The notes under the pieces are model-generated. The model searched no databases. It was not told where the DNA came from and worked only from the letters and a program-made list of their open reading frames with translations. Made by a program: the position numbers and the translations under genes. Shown here in pieces: positions 12,967-26,134 of a stretch of DNA of 64,000 bases. The stretch lies in the NCBI RefSeq assembly GCF_009914755.1, contig NC_060936.1; one strand, 5' to 3'. The first letter of the stretch is position 1, and each line of letters begins with the position of its first letter. Source of the DNA: the human T2T-CHM13v2.0 reference genome, Homo sapiens.

Positions 12967-14938
12967 GCACCATTTTTATTGCTCAGATTGGTACCCAGCA
13001 GCACTTTGTCCTTGGACTCTTCCTGGCATTCAAGGATCTTGGAGAACCCCAGAAACAGCACCTTGAGTGAAGTAATCAGATTATTTTTTTCTAGGAATAA
13101 GTCATTTGTAAGTGACGTCTATTAATATGCTTTGTGTTGTAATCATTCAGGATAACAGTTAAAAGAAAAAGGAAAAAAATATATATATATCAATAGGTTA
13201 TACTTTCTCTTCTAACAATCTCCAAAAGGAAGGTAGGTGAAGGAGCATTTTCTTCTGAGAGTTTATGATGTGTATTCAATGTTAGAACTGATCTGTGGGT
13301 TTGAGGAAGAGAGAAAGATACTGAGCTAGACAATATGGAGTTTCTATCTTCATGCAGCTTACAGTCTAGGAAAAGAGAAACATAAAATGATATAATATGA
13401 TATGATGTAACACATGATGATAATGATATGACAAAGGGATAATGCTGTCAATGATAACACAACATGGTCAATTCTGGTGCTGAACTAGTAACTGGTTACC
13501 GTGAGAGCTCGATTAACTCTGGGAGTTAGGGAAATGTTCACAAGAAGGTAACATTGGAGTTGGGCCTTGGAAGTGATGAAGGTAGTAGAAAATAAATAGG
13601 GAGAAGTAGTCTTCTAGTTCCCCATACCCCAAATGCACATATAAAGGCTTGAAGTTGTGAACGACCGTGGTGCATTTAGGGGAACAAGAGGAATGCCTGG
13701 GCTACGTCACGCAAAGCCTCAAATGATACAGAAGGACTAGCAGACAGTCTTAAAAGACGGAAGTTACAAGATCCAAATGAGTTGTTGGAAAATTACTTTG
13801 AGAAAATGGCTAAAGTTTTTGGAGGCATGAGACCTAAATTAATGCTAATCCATTTTGTCACAACCATGTCTTTATCTCCTCCTACTTCCCCCATCCTCGG
13901 TTTTGGAAATAGGTATTGGTAGATACCAAATAGCTCTTTGCCAAACATTCTGTTTTGAACCTAGAGTTAAGTCCTCCAACAGCCAGCTAAACTGCAGACA
14001 AATTTGCCCTACGAGTCCATTTGGGACCTTGGGGTAGGTTAAATGGGACGATCTTCCTGCCTCTCATTCCTATCATCTGATTACATAGGGCCTTTGGGAC
14101 CATATTCAGTATTTTGCACTGTATTTGGAGTGCAATGGGAACTTTTGAATGAGTTCTGAGAGATGAGTGAAGAGAACTTGGGCTGAAATGAGGCCCGTGG
14201 ATTAGAGGGTAGCCAGAGTGAGTGCCACTGCCTCAACAAGGCAAGGTGACTTTAACCCAATGCTAGTAGAATTGGAAAGAAGGGACAGATTTCTGATATG
14301 TTGAGTAATTAAAATACCAAACTTGGCAACCAATCAGATGTTGTGAGTCTCCCAGAAGGCACTGCTAATGAACATATCATTTCAGCTTGTCTCTTCATTG
14401 CTGAGTACTTTACATCAGGAGCAGCAACAGAAAAGGCCAAACCTCAAATCCGCTACTATAGATGTATTTTTATAGGCTCCTAATAAAAATGGGTCTTCAT
14501 TACAAAATTTAATTGCTTTAAGAATCTTACTGACGTTTTAGCTCTCCTGTTGTGTTAGCTAAGAAAGTCAAGGGTACGCTGAGGTAACAGTGTTAAAATC
14601 ATAGCGATTTAACACTGCATAGACTTATTCCCCCTTATGGGACATATTCAGTGTGAGTTAGTAAGAGGCTCAGCTCCACGTGGTCATTCAGGGAACCAGC
14701 CTGACGGAGGTTTAACCATCCTGTAGATGTACCTCTGAAACACAGGCCTTCCTCAGCTGCCATTGCAGGGGAAGGGAACTGAGAATCCCACCTGAAGCTT
14801 TTCATGCTGCAGCCAGAAGTGACATATTTCTACACACACATTCCACTGGATCAGTCACATGACCCCACCTAACTGCAAGAGAGCAAATAGAATATCTAGA
14901 GCATTACAGGCTCTACCTCCACGCCCCCACCCACCCCC

Positions 14939-14939
<1 letters not shown>

Positions 14940-14971
<32 letters not shown>
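14940..14971. repeat. (CA)n microsatellite
   Basis: About 16 perfect CA units. Confidence 0.97.
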
Positions 14972-14974
<3 letters not shown>

Positions 14975-15902
14975 TCATTTTTCACAAAGAGAGATTTTTT
15001 TTTTTTCTAATTCTTCCTCTGAGATACTATCCCTGGGTGAGGAGGAGAGAGAAACTAAACCATAGTGAAAGGTGGCTCCTGGGTTGTCAGCAAGGCTCAT
15101 TTACTGACTAAGGAACTTTTTCCTCCAAATAAGCAAGACTTAAAATTGGGCTTTAACAATTTTACAAAGACCTCAAGTCATGGGTTCTCAGGTTTGTAGG
15201 AAATGAGTGCATTAGAAACGAGAATGTTAAGGGTTGGCTGCAATGATTCGTCCTCCCTGGAGCACTGGGCTCGCCTTTTCTGGGTGTCTGAAGGTCGTTG
15301 GCTTCCTCTTTCCTCCACTCCTGGATCATCACCGAACAGAAGCTTTTCTAATTGAGATGTCAACTCTCAGTCAGATTGGCAGCTAAAGCCCCTTCTCAAG
15401 GCTCAGCTATTGAGTGAAAAAGGATTTAAACTGACATGAACGCCAACCTGGGCTGAGAACAAGTCTGTGAGGTAAATTTCTTCATCCTGACGGCTCCAAG
15501 CCTCTTTCAGATTCTCTATTATCTAACAGAGTCCTGCTTTGACTCCTTGAGTCATTGCTAGCTGCATACCCAGAGTCACTGCAGAGACATTGTTCTCATC
15601 CCATTTAGTTTGGTTCTAAATGAAAAGTAACACAAATGGAGTCAAGGGGTCTTTCTACCTGTGCGATTGGCTTCTACCCCCAAATGAAACCTTTTAAGGC
15701 TACCAGGCTGCTGTTTAGATTCACAGTGGCCTCAGCTTGGGAGGCCACCATGCTGCTGTTCCCTTTGGCCATCCCTATCCTCAGAGAACTTCCTTGTTTT
15801 ACCACCCCCAGAAGCTCTTAAATTACATAATATGGAAAAAAAAGTGATTGCTTTGGAGATCAAATCTACATAACTGGGAATTTTAAAGATAATTTTTGGA
15901 AG

Positions 15903-15903
<1 letters not shown>

Positions 15904-15938
<35 letters not shown>
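15904..15938. repeat. (TG)n microsatellite
   Basis: About 17 perfect TG units. Confidence 0.97.
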
Positions 15939-15940
<2 letters not shown>

Positions 15941-17288
15941 TCCCCTTTGCTTCAAAATGCTATTGCTTGTCATATAGTAAAATGCCAAAAACATATTAGA
16001 TAAAAATACTTCTGTCTGTGTGGTCACAGTTGAAGTGACTATGGCAAGTTATTTCTATGATTTATTTTCTCCCTTTGTAAAATGGAGTTTTTCCAAATGC
16101 AAATTGCCAATACTAAACACTGCCTAGATCATCAAGCTGTTTCATAATAAAATAATGTATGTGGAAGCTCTTTAAAAATCTTTTAATCACCATGCACACA
16201 TCAAGTATTTCTATCATTAATACTCTCTTTTTTTTTTCTGTTGGGAAGATGACTGAAACAAGGGACTTCCGAAAATAATTTGCACCTTCAGGAAGTTCTA
16301 CTACACACAGTTCATTGAAAATATGAATGCAATGACAATAAACAATGGCTATGGAGCAGGATTTTCAAAGTAGAAGTAATGACTACTGCCTTAAAATCAC
16401 GCACATATGCAGAACTACAATTATCCCCGCCTCCTTTGCAATTCTTTTTTGAATTAGTTCTGTCTGCTCTTCACTTTAACATCCCTCCAAAATAAATTAA
16501 AACAAATCTTTTCATTTCTGAATGAGATATGATACCCTGTTTTGGATATTGTTATATCACTGATGGAGTGGTAACAAGGTCTATTTCAGTGCAACAAATG
16601 AACAGACCAAAATTCAGGGGGCCGCTTGTTCACTGGGTTAGGAGACAGTTTCTCTGGAAATATACAGTGTTCATCATCCCTGAAATGTAAACTATCTATT
16701 TATATCTCAAATAATGATAAGTGGAAGTGTGATCAGGAAAGGAGAGACACAGATTTTCTATAAATGTGTTTTTCTTGTGATAATATGTGAAATTATATTC
16801 CATGTTAAATTGCTCGAGGCAAGCAAGGTTTAATATGTATCTAAATAATTAAGCTAATTGTGTAAAAATATATTTGCAGAATTCGCCAAATGTGTTAATA
16901 CATTTCATACCCTGTTTACCCATTTTACATGACTAAAATTTGCTTTGTGAAATATTCTCCAAAATACTGAAAGACCTCACAGTCTTCACAATTGTTATCA
17001 ATACTCAGTACTTCCTGGGAAGGGAAAAAAGGTGCTAAGAGTCACATCTCGAGAAATGGCATGCTGTCTTTCCCTTTCCTCTACCTGTTTCTCCCTCTTC
17101 TTCTCTATTGAATTTCAAATTCACTTTCCTAAATGTGTACTTTGGGATATTCGTGTCATACCCCTAAATGGCATTGTAAAAACAAAAGGACATCTTCTCA
17201 CAGGAGAGTGTTCCCATCTCAATTAGTTTTGCAGGATCAACAGTCTGCAATTTGCCAGCAGATTCCCCTTGCAACGTGTGGGCCAGAC

Positions 17289-17527
17289 TGATGTCACATG
17301 ACCTTTCCAATCTTTCCCACATATAAATTGCACAGAGTGTTGGGTGAGGAGCCAGAGTGCTGCCATTGAAAGAAGAAAGAGAAGGAGAAGGAGAAGAAGA
17401 AAAAAAAAACTTTACCGCTCTTTATTGCTTCTTAGAGCGAATATACATTATATTTTGGTGTGCAAAAGAGTAATGCTGGTCAGGCATGTTTTGGCACATA
17501 AACATGTTGTGAATGCCAAATGACTCA
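17289..17527 (+). promoter_or_regulatory. Candidate promoter/enhancer motif cluster
   Basis: TGATGTCA 17289-96, GTCACATGAC 17293-302, NBRE (TGACCTTT) 17299-306, CCAAT 17307-11, TATAAA 17322-27 and AP-1 TGACTCA 17521-27, all in repeat-poor DNA. Motif evidence only. Confidence 0.35.
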
Positions 17528-18345
17528 GTTTTTGACTGGATGTGTGTTTGTGTTGCTCAGTTAAAAAGTGCTGGTGTGCTGTCAGCACAATTTATAAGAT
17601 GAGTAAGGAGGACAACATCTCTGGGCCACCTCTCCCACTTTGCCTCAGGGAGAACTTCACAATTTCCTTGGGATTACTGCTCCTTGTTAACCCCTGCCTT
17701 GTTTGTTCCCCAGCACAGCTCCTCTGCCACCCCAGCTTTCTCCCAGTCTTCCTCTTCTCTACTGCTATGGGTCTTAGATATACTTCTGTCGCATTGTGTT
17801 AAAATTAGATGGCATAAATTCTATCTACCCTCTGCATGGGGCCACTTGAGGTCTTTGCCGTACTCATTTTGGGTAATCTTTATTTTCCTAGACTAGAGCA
17901 GCCTGAAGATGAGCACATATATTGTTATAATATCACTGATTGAGCGGTACCAATGTAGTGTTGTTAAGGGCACAAACCCAGGAGCCATAATGCATATCAA
18001 AGGTTTGTGGGGGAAAGTTGCCCACCAGTAGCCTTGACACAGATTGTCACAGAATGTTTATACTCCAGACTAAGGATGGAGGATGTTACCTCCAAATATA
18101 GTTTTCGTTTGTAGAAACTTGTTCTCAAAACTTTTTATCTTCAGTTTCTCTTCCAACTTACCTTTTTGGCTGAAGGTTAGTTGCCTAGGGAAATGCATTA
18201 ATTTCACAATGGCTCAGGGGCCATGTAGTAGAGCAGAGCTAATGCAATGGACCCAACTTTCCAACCAACTCAACACCATGCACACATGAAAACACAGAAC
18301 CATCCGCTGCTCACATGAGTTTAGATAGTCCCCCTGTTCACCTGT

Positions 18346-18379
18346 CGCCGCCACCTGCTGCCCCTCGCTGTCATCTGCA
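18346..18379 (-). promoter_or_regulatory. CTCF-like motif (reverse orientation)
   Basis: Minus strand reads TGCA-N14-GCAGCAGGTGGCGGC; one mismatch at the first core C. Local CpGs are retained. Confidence 0.45.
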
Positions 18380-18673
18380 AGGTTCTTCCACACTCTTTCA
18401 GTATCTATGTCTGTGCCTCAGCTTCTCCATTTTTAAAAGGAAATAATAACATTGCCTACTTTTAGTGTTTTTTGAGAATTGAATAAATGCATGTAAAATA
18501 AATAACCCACAAAGGTAAGTGTAATAGAAGTAGTAAATTGAAAAAAAAAAGTAACATAAATAGTAACTGTCAGCTATCATCATCATCGCAGTCCCTGATA
18601 TTTGCCTTTTGTCCTGTAAAATAATATTCATTCGGATAGAATTCTCTGGCTCACTCTTAGTATCCTCCATAGA

Positions 18674-18994
18674 ACTGTGCTATGCAATACAGTAGCCACT
18701 AGTCATGTGTGGCCACTGAGAACGTCAAATGTAGCTAGTCCATAGCAGGATGTGCTATAGGAATAAAATACATGCTGGATTTAGAAGACCAAAAAAGCAT
18801 GTAAAATATCTCAATAATTTTTACAGATTACATGTTAAAATTATATTAATATTGTGGATTGCATAAAATGTATTATTAAAATTAATTTTCCTTGTTTCTT
18901 TCTGCTTTTTAAAAAATATGGCTACTAGAAAATTCCAGGCTACATATGCAGCTTCCATTTGGGGTTCACATTATAGTTCTATTGGATAATGCTA
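18674..18994 (-). mobile_element. MER33 (hAT-Charlie non-autonomous DNA transposon)
   Basis: About 320 bp; ends ctgtgctatgcaatacagtagccactagtcatgtgtggc and ttctattggataatgct match the recalled MER33 termini. Confidence 0.8.
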
Positions 18995-20722
18995 TCCCAG
19001 GTTCTAATTCCTTTGGATTTCCCTTCAGGAGCCCCACCTCTAGGACTGTGAGTAAGAGATGCTTCTGCTTTCTATTATGAATTTGCAGGGTCTGGGTTGC
19101 CTAGGGCAGTTAAGTCTAGCCTGCTCTGCCAAGAGAGAGTGAAGGGAGAAAAACTGATGGGCGTGCAAGTTACAAGTTGGTTACTAAGGGCCTAAGTGGA
19201 GCCCTTAGGAAAGAGTTATTGCCTCTTAAATAGCACCTTTCTCTCTGGGAGTGAATGAAAGGAAGAGCTCTTTCTGTTAAAGTCATTTAAGATCCTTTGC
19301 TGAAAGGAACCATATGCTACACAATGAAATATATTCCAGGCAAGATGCATATGCTTTGCACAATAAATACATATGCAAATCTTACAAAGATTTTTAAAAA
19401 GAAAATGTGCTGATATTATTCACATCAATATCGTTTAATGCATTCTTTTCCTTCTGATCTGAAGCCAAATCTAAAACTTTTCCTTTCTCCTCTGCCCCAA
19501 CCCCTGACAATGAATATGTTATACAAAAGCAATCTAAGATTTTTGGTTTTGGTCAAGAGGAATTTGTTTCTAGTCACTGAAATTTAAGTCTCAATAAATC
19601 ATAAGCTCCAAACAGACTGCCAAATATCCAGTGGGCCTGGCAACATCTGCAAATGACCCTCTGGGACAATCTGGGTGGGAACAGCACTGAACAAAAATCC
19701 CAAGACCTGACGCCGCGGCCTGCCCTTTTCAAGTCTAAGAATCACAAAGCATTTTCTCTTTAGGACCGTTCTCAGACTCAAACTATTTTGAACGCAGATC
19801 TGCAATCCATAATTGGAGCTGGTATTGAAAGGAAATTAGAATGCTCCTTGAATCACATCCTTGCAAGGTTTCTCTCTGCCTAAATGAGTCTCCATTGCAG
19901 GCGATAGAGTAGGAGAGGCCTTGTGGGGTCCCAATAAAGTTATGCTAGCTGGTAAATAAAGAAGAAAATTCAGAAATCAGTGCAGTCCTGGGAAACTCCA
20001 TTCAGGGAGTAAAAGGTCTCGCGGAGCATGGTGCTGTCTCTTTAATTGTCCCCTGCTCCGTCTGTTGCTTCCCATCATACATTCTTCTGAAAAGCCGTAT
20101 TGCTACAAATACACATTTAGGATTTGATTACAGAGTCTCATCCATTTACATGTACAAGATAGAGCCTACTGTGACAGATTAATGCTCCTAAAGTTTGTAC
20201 AGGAAGGTTAAATAAAGTGTTACTTTTATGACACCGAATATCTTTATGATGCTTTTGCTAAATCAGAGACCTCTTGGTGATGCCGCAGATGTACCAGATA
20301 CTTATCGCGAGCTGGCAAAATGCCACTAGTGCTTTTCTCATCTATCACACTTCCTACCTTTCTGCACAAGCCATCCTCACTGCTGTGTGTAATACAATAG
20401 TCTCCAGGCAGCCTTCTCTTCTGCACATTTAGTCAAAGTGAAACAATTCAAGTCCTGTCATCCTGAGATGTTACAATGTTACTAGAAAGAGTGCTTCACA
20501 CACAATTCTGCCATTTCCAACATGGATATAACACGCCCGCACACAGATAGTCTTTGGGGATTGTGAAGCCATCATCAAAGCTGCCACCACAGTTCATATT
20601 CTTCTCCTTCCACCCTTCTTTTGATGTTCATTCACTTCCTTTGTCTGGCCCTTCTTCCCATGTGAAAGGCCTAGAATGTTCTCTGAGCATTTTTGACCGC
20701 ACAAAATTTCCTGCCTTCCTCC

Positions 20723-22318
<1,596 letters not shown>

Positions 22319-22734
22319 TGATAAAGTTTGTATATTTGTTCCCACCCAAATTTCATGTTCAATTATAATCTCCAGTATTGGAGGAGGAACCCGGTGGGAG
22401 GCGATTGAATTATCGGAGTGATTTCTCAACAGTTTGGCACCATCCTCTTGGTACTAATCCTCACAATAGTGAGTGACTTCTTACAAGATCTGACTGTTAA
22501 TAAGTATATGGCACCTTGCTCTCCCCTTTTCTGGCTCCTGTTCTAATGTGACATGCCTGTTCCCCCTTCACCTTGTATCGTGATTGTAAGCTTCCTGAGG
22601 CCTCCCCAGAAGCTGAGCAGATGCCAGCACCATGCATCTTGTAATGCCCACAGAACTGTGAGGTAATTAAATCTCTTTTCTTACAAATTACCCATTGTCA
22701 GGTGTTCTGTGCAATGCAGGAACAGCATAATACA
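22319..22734 (+). mobile_element. MST (MSTB-like) MaLR 5' LTR
   Basis: TG...TACA termini; typical MST segments cccacccaaatttcatgtt and ttcctgaggcctccccagaagctgagcagatgcc. Confidence 0.88.
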
Positions 22735-24352
22735 GAAAATTGGTAATGAGAAGTGGGGCATTGCTATAAAGATACCTGAAAATGTGGAAGTGCCTTTGGA
22801 ACTGAGTAATAGGCAGAGGTTGGAGGAGTTTGGAGCGCTCAGAAGATGACAAGAACACAAGGAAAAGTTTGGAACTTCTTAGAGACTTGTTAAGTGGTTG
22901 TGACCAAAATGCTGATAGAAATAAGGAGAGTGAAGGCCAGACTGATGGGGCCTCAAATAGAAATGAGGAATTTATTGGGAGCTAGAGCAAAGGTCACGCT
23001 TGTTATGCCTTAGCAAAAGAAGTTGGCTGCATTGTGTTCCTGCTCTAGGGATTTGCAGAAGGTTGAACTTCATAGTGATGATTTAAGGTATCTGGTGGAA
23101 TCAATTTCTAAGCAGTAAAGCATTCAAGATGTGGCCTGGCTGCTTCTAACAACCTAGCCTCAGATGCTGGAGCAAAGAAATGACTTAATGTTGGAATTTA
23201 TATTTAAAAGGAAAGCAGAGCATAAAAGTTTGGACAATTTGCACCCTGGTCATGTGGCAGAGAAAGATAAAGCTTTTTTGGGAGAGGAATTCAAGCTGGC
23301 TATGGAGCAACCATTTGCTAGAGATATTTGCATAACTGAAAGGAAGCCAGGTGCTAATATACAATACACCTGGAAAAAGACTTCAAAGGCATTTCAGAGA
23401 ACTTCACTGCAGCCCCTCCCATCACAAGCCCAGAGACCTAGGAGGGAAAAATGGTTTTGTGGGCCAGGCCCAGGGCCCTGCTGCCCTGCCCTGCCCAGCC
23501 TCACACACTACTCCCCACATCCTGGCCACTTCAGCTCCAGCCTCAGCTCAAAGGAGACAAGATACAGCTCAGGCGACTGCTCCAGAGGGCTCCAGCCATA
23601 GCCTTGGTGATTTCCATGTGGTGTTAAGCCTGTGAGTGTGCAGAGTTCGAGAGTGAAGAATGCTTGGTAGCTTCTGCTTAGATTTCAGAGGCTATATGAG
23701 AAAGCGTGAGTGCCCAGGCAATAGCCCGCTACAAGGGCAGAGTCCTCCCAGAGAACTTCTACTAAGGCAGTGCCAAGGGGAAATGTGTAATTGGAGCCCC
23801 CACACAGAGTTCCCAATGGGACACTGCCTAGTGGAGCTGTGAGATAGTGCCACCATCCTCCAGACCCCGGAATGGTAGATCCACCTGTAGCTTTTACCTG
23901 GTGCCTGGAAAAGTTGCAGGCATTCAACTCCAACACACAGGAGCAGCCATGGGGCTGATACCTGCAAAGCCACAAGAGCAGAGCTGCCCAGGGCCTTGGG
24001 AGCCCACCCCTTGCAGCAGTGTGCCCTGGGTATGGGACATTGAGTCAAAGGAGATTATTTCAGAGCTTTAAGATTTAGTGGATGCTCTGCTGGGTTTTGA
24101 ACTTGTATGGGTCTTGTAGCCCCTTTCTTTTTTCTGATTTCTCCCTCTAGGAATAAGAATGTTTACCCAATGGCTATACCCCCATTTTATTTCAGAAATA
24201 ACTAACTTGTTTTTAATTTTGCAGATTCATAGGTAGAAGGAGAAGAGTCTCAGATGAGGTTTTGGACTCAGCCTTTAGATTTTTGAATTAACACTGCAAT
24301 GAATCAAGACTTTGGATGGCCATTGGGAAGTCATGATTGTATTTTTCAATGC

Positions 24353-24982
24353 TGTTACCAGAAAAGGGTCCCAATACAGACCCCAACAGGGGGTTCTTGG
24401 ATCTCATGTGAGAAATAATTCAAGACGAGTCCACAGAGTAAAGTAAAAGCAAGTTTTTAAGAAAGTAAAGGAATAAAAGAACGGCTACTCCACAGGCAAA
24501 GCAGCCCCAAAGGCTACTGGTTGGCTATTTTTATGGTTATTTCTTGATCATATGTTAAATAAGGAGTGGATTATTCACGAGTTTTCTGGGAAAGGGGTGG
24601 GTAATTCCCAGAACTGAGGGTTCTTCCCCTTTTCAGACCTCATAGGGTAACTTCTGGACATAGCGTTTGTAAACTGTCATGGCCCTGGTGCAAGTGTCTT
24701 CTAGCATGCTAATGCATTATAATTAATAAATAATGAGCAGTGAGGATGACCAGAGGTTGCTTTCATCACCATGTTGGATTTGGAGGGTTTTGGCTGGCTT
24801 CTTTATTGCATCCTGTTTTATCAGTGGGTTCTTTGTGACTTGTGTCTTGTGCTAATCTCCTATCTCATCCCTTAGGCACCAAGAATACCTCACCTCCTGA
24901 GAATGCAGCCCAGTAGGTGTCAGCATCATTTCACCCAGACCCTATTCAAGATGGAGTTGCTCTAGTTTAAATGCCTCTGACA
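24353..24982 (-). mobile_element. MER41B solo LTR (ERV1), full length, 630 bp
   Basis: Reverse complement starts TGTCAGAGGCATTTAAACTAGAGCAACTCCATCTTGAATAGG and ends GGGACCCTTTTCTGGTAACA. It carries the segment with two GAS motifs that distinguishes MER41B from MER41A. Confidence 0.9.
24584..24613. promoter_or_regulatory. Tandem GAS (STAT1-type) motifs
   Basis: TTCTGGGAA at 24584-24592 and TTCCCAGAA at 24605-24613; both fit TTCNNNGAA. Confidence 0.8.
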
Positions 24983-26083
24983 ATATGAGAAAGACATGAG
25001 GTTTGGGAGGGTCAGAGTTGTGTATCACTACTGCTTGCTATTGGGCCAATGAGAGAAAGCAAGAGAAGACAGAAGATAGAGAGGGCCCCTTCAGGTATTC
25101 TGTGTGTGTTTTTCAAGTGTGACAAAGACCTTTTAGGACTTTTGCCTCCTCTTATGTTGCATTTCAAGCCATGATGAATGGCTTGAAACTAAACACCAGG
25201 GTATCTGAGAGATGGTCAAATGGTACTGAATAGACAACTCTGCATTTTGCATCCGGAAGGATCTTAAGAATCTCTAGTAAAGGGTATAGCAATACAAAGA
25301 ATATTCTTTTCTAAAGGAGTTGAGTCTTCCTAGTGTAAAAAATCATTTGCTGCTTAAGTAGCACAAAAAGAGGCTGGGACCTTGAGCATTCCACTAGAGC
25401 ACTGAGTAGGAGAGGTGTTAAAATAACATTCCCCTCCCCCATATAGCTGCCTCATAAAGTAGATTTACTCTCAGCAAACACTGAGCCAGCTTTTCAACTC
25501 ACTCTCAGTCTCCAAGGAGTTCCCTATGAAATCGGGGAAAGTGTCACAGCTCAGATGAAGTCACCAAGGGAAATTTAGTCTTCTGGTCAAACTTAGGCTG
25601 CCTAATTCAATCTACCCTTCAACACTGGTGCTCAGGAACTCAATGGGATCACAGCAGAAGAAGAAACAAATTGAAACCTTATTTCCATTTGCTCTCTTGC
25701 TGATTGAGTCACTCAAAAAAATGTTTTAAAATACCAACAAATCCAGACCACGCCAGTAAGTCCCCTCTGGGTTCTTAGGTCATATGTATATAGAGGACTA
25801 ATGTGAAAAGTGATTGTTGAGTCCTTCTTTTTTATTGCATTGAGCACAGATTCGTTTGACCAAAGCTTTCAGCCATGACATGATGAATATGAAGATGCTT
25901 TGCAAACTGTGAATTATAATACAAAAATGAGAAACTGAATGTAAAACACCACACAGAATGGAATACTACACTGCCCTTAAAATATACACGGAAAGAAATA
26001 GAGGTCATATGCAGTGAAGTGGAAAATACAATTGTCAATGTCATGTTTATAATATGATCCTGTTTGGGGGCGGAAGTACTGTC

Positions 26084-26134
26084 TGTGTGTGTGTGTGTGT
26101 GTGTGTGTTGGGGGCAGGGTTGTGTGTGTGTGTG
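26084..26134. repeat. Interrupted (TG)n microsatellite
   Basis: Two TG runs separated by a short G-rich spacer (tgggggcagggt). Confidence 0.9.

Larger units (their letters stand above)
22735..25020 (+). mobile_element. MST internal region, interrupted by MER41B; 3' LTR absent
   Basis: Starts gaaaattggta... directly after the LTR. MaLR-internal sequence continues and resumes after MER41B as gagaaagacatgaggtttgggaggg (polypurine-tract region). Confidence 0.85.

Noticed and set aside
23164-24071. Cluster of overlapping ORFs (up to 145 aa)
   Set aside because: All lie in the GC-richer MST internal region, a decayed MaLR sequence; not a gene.
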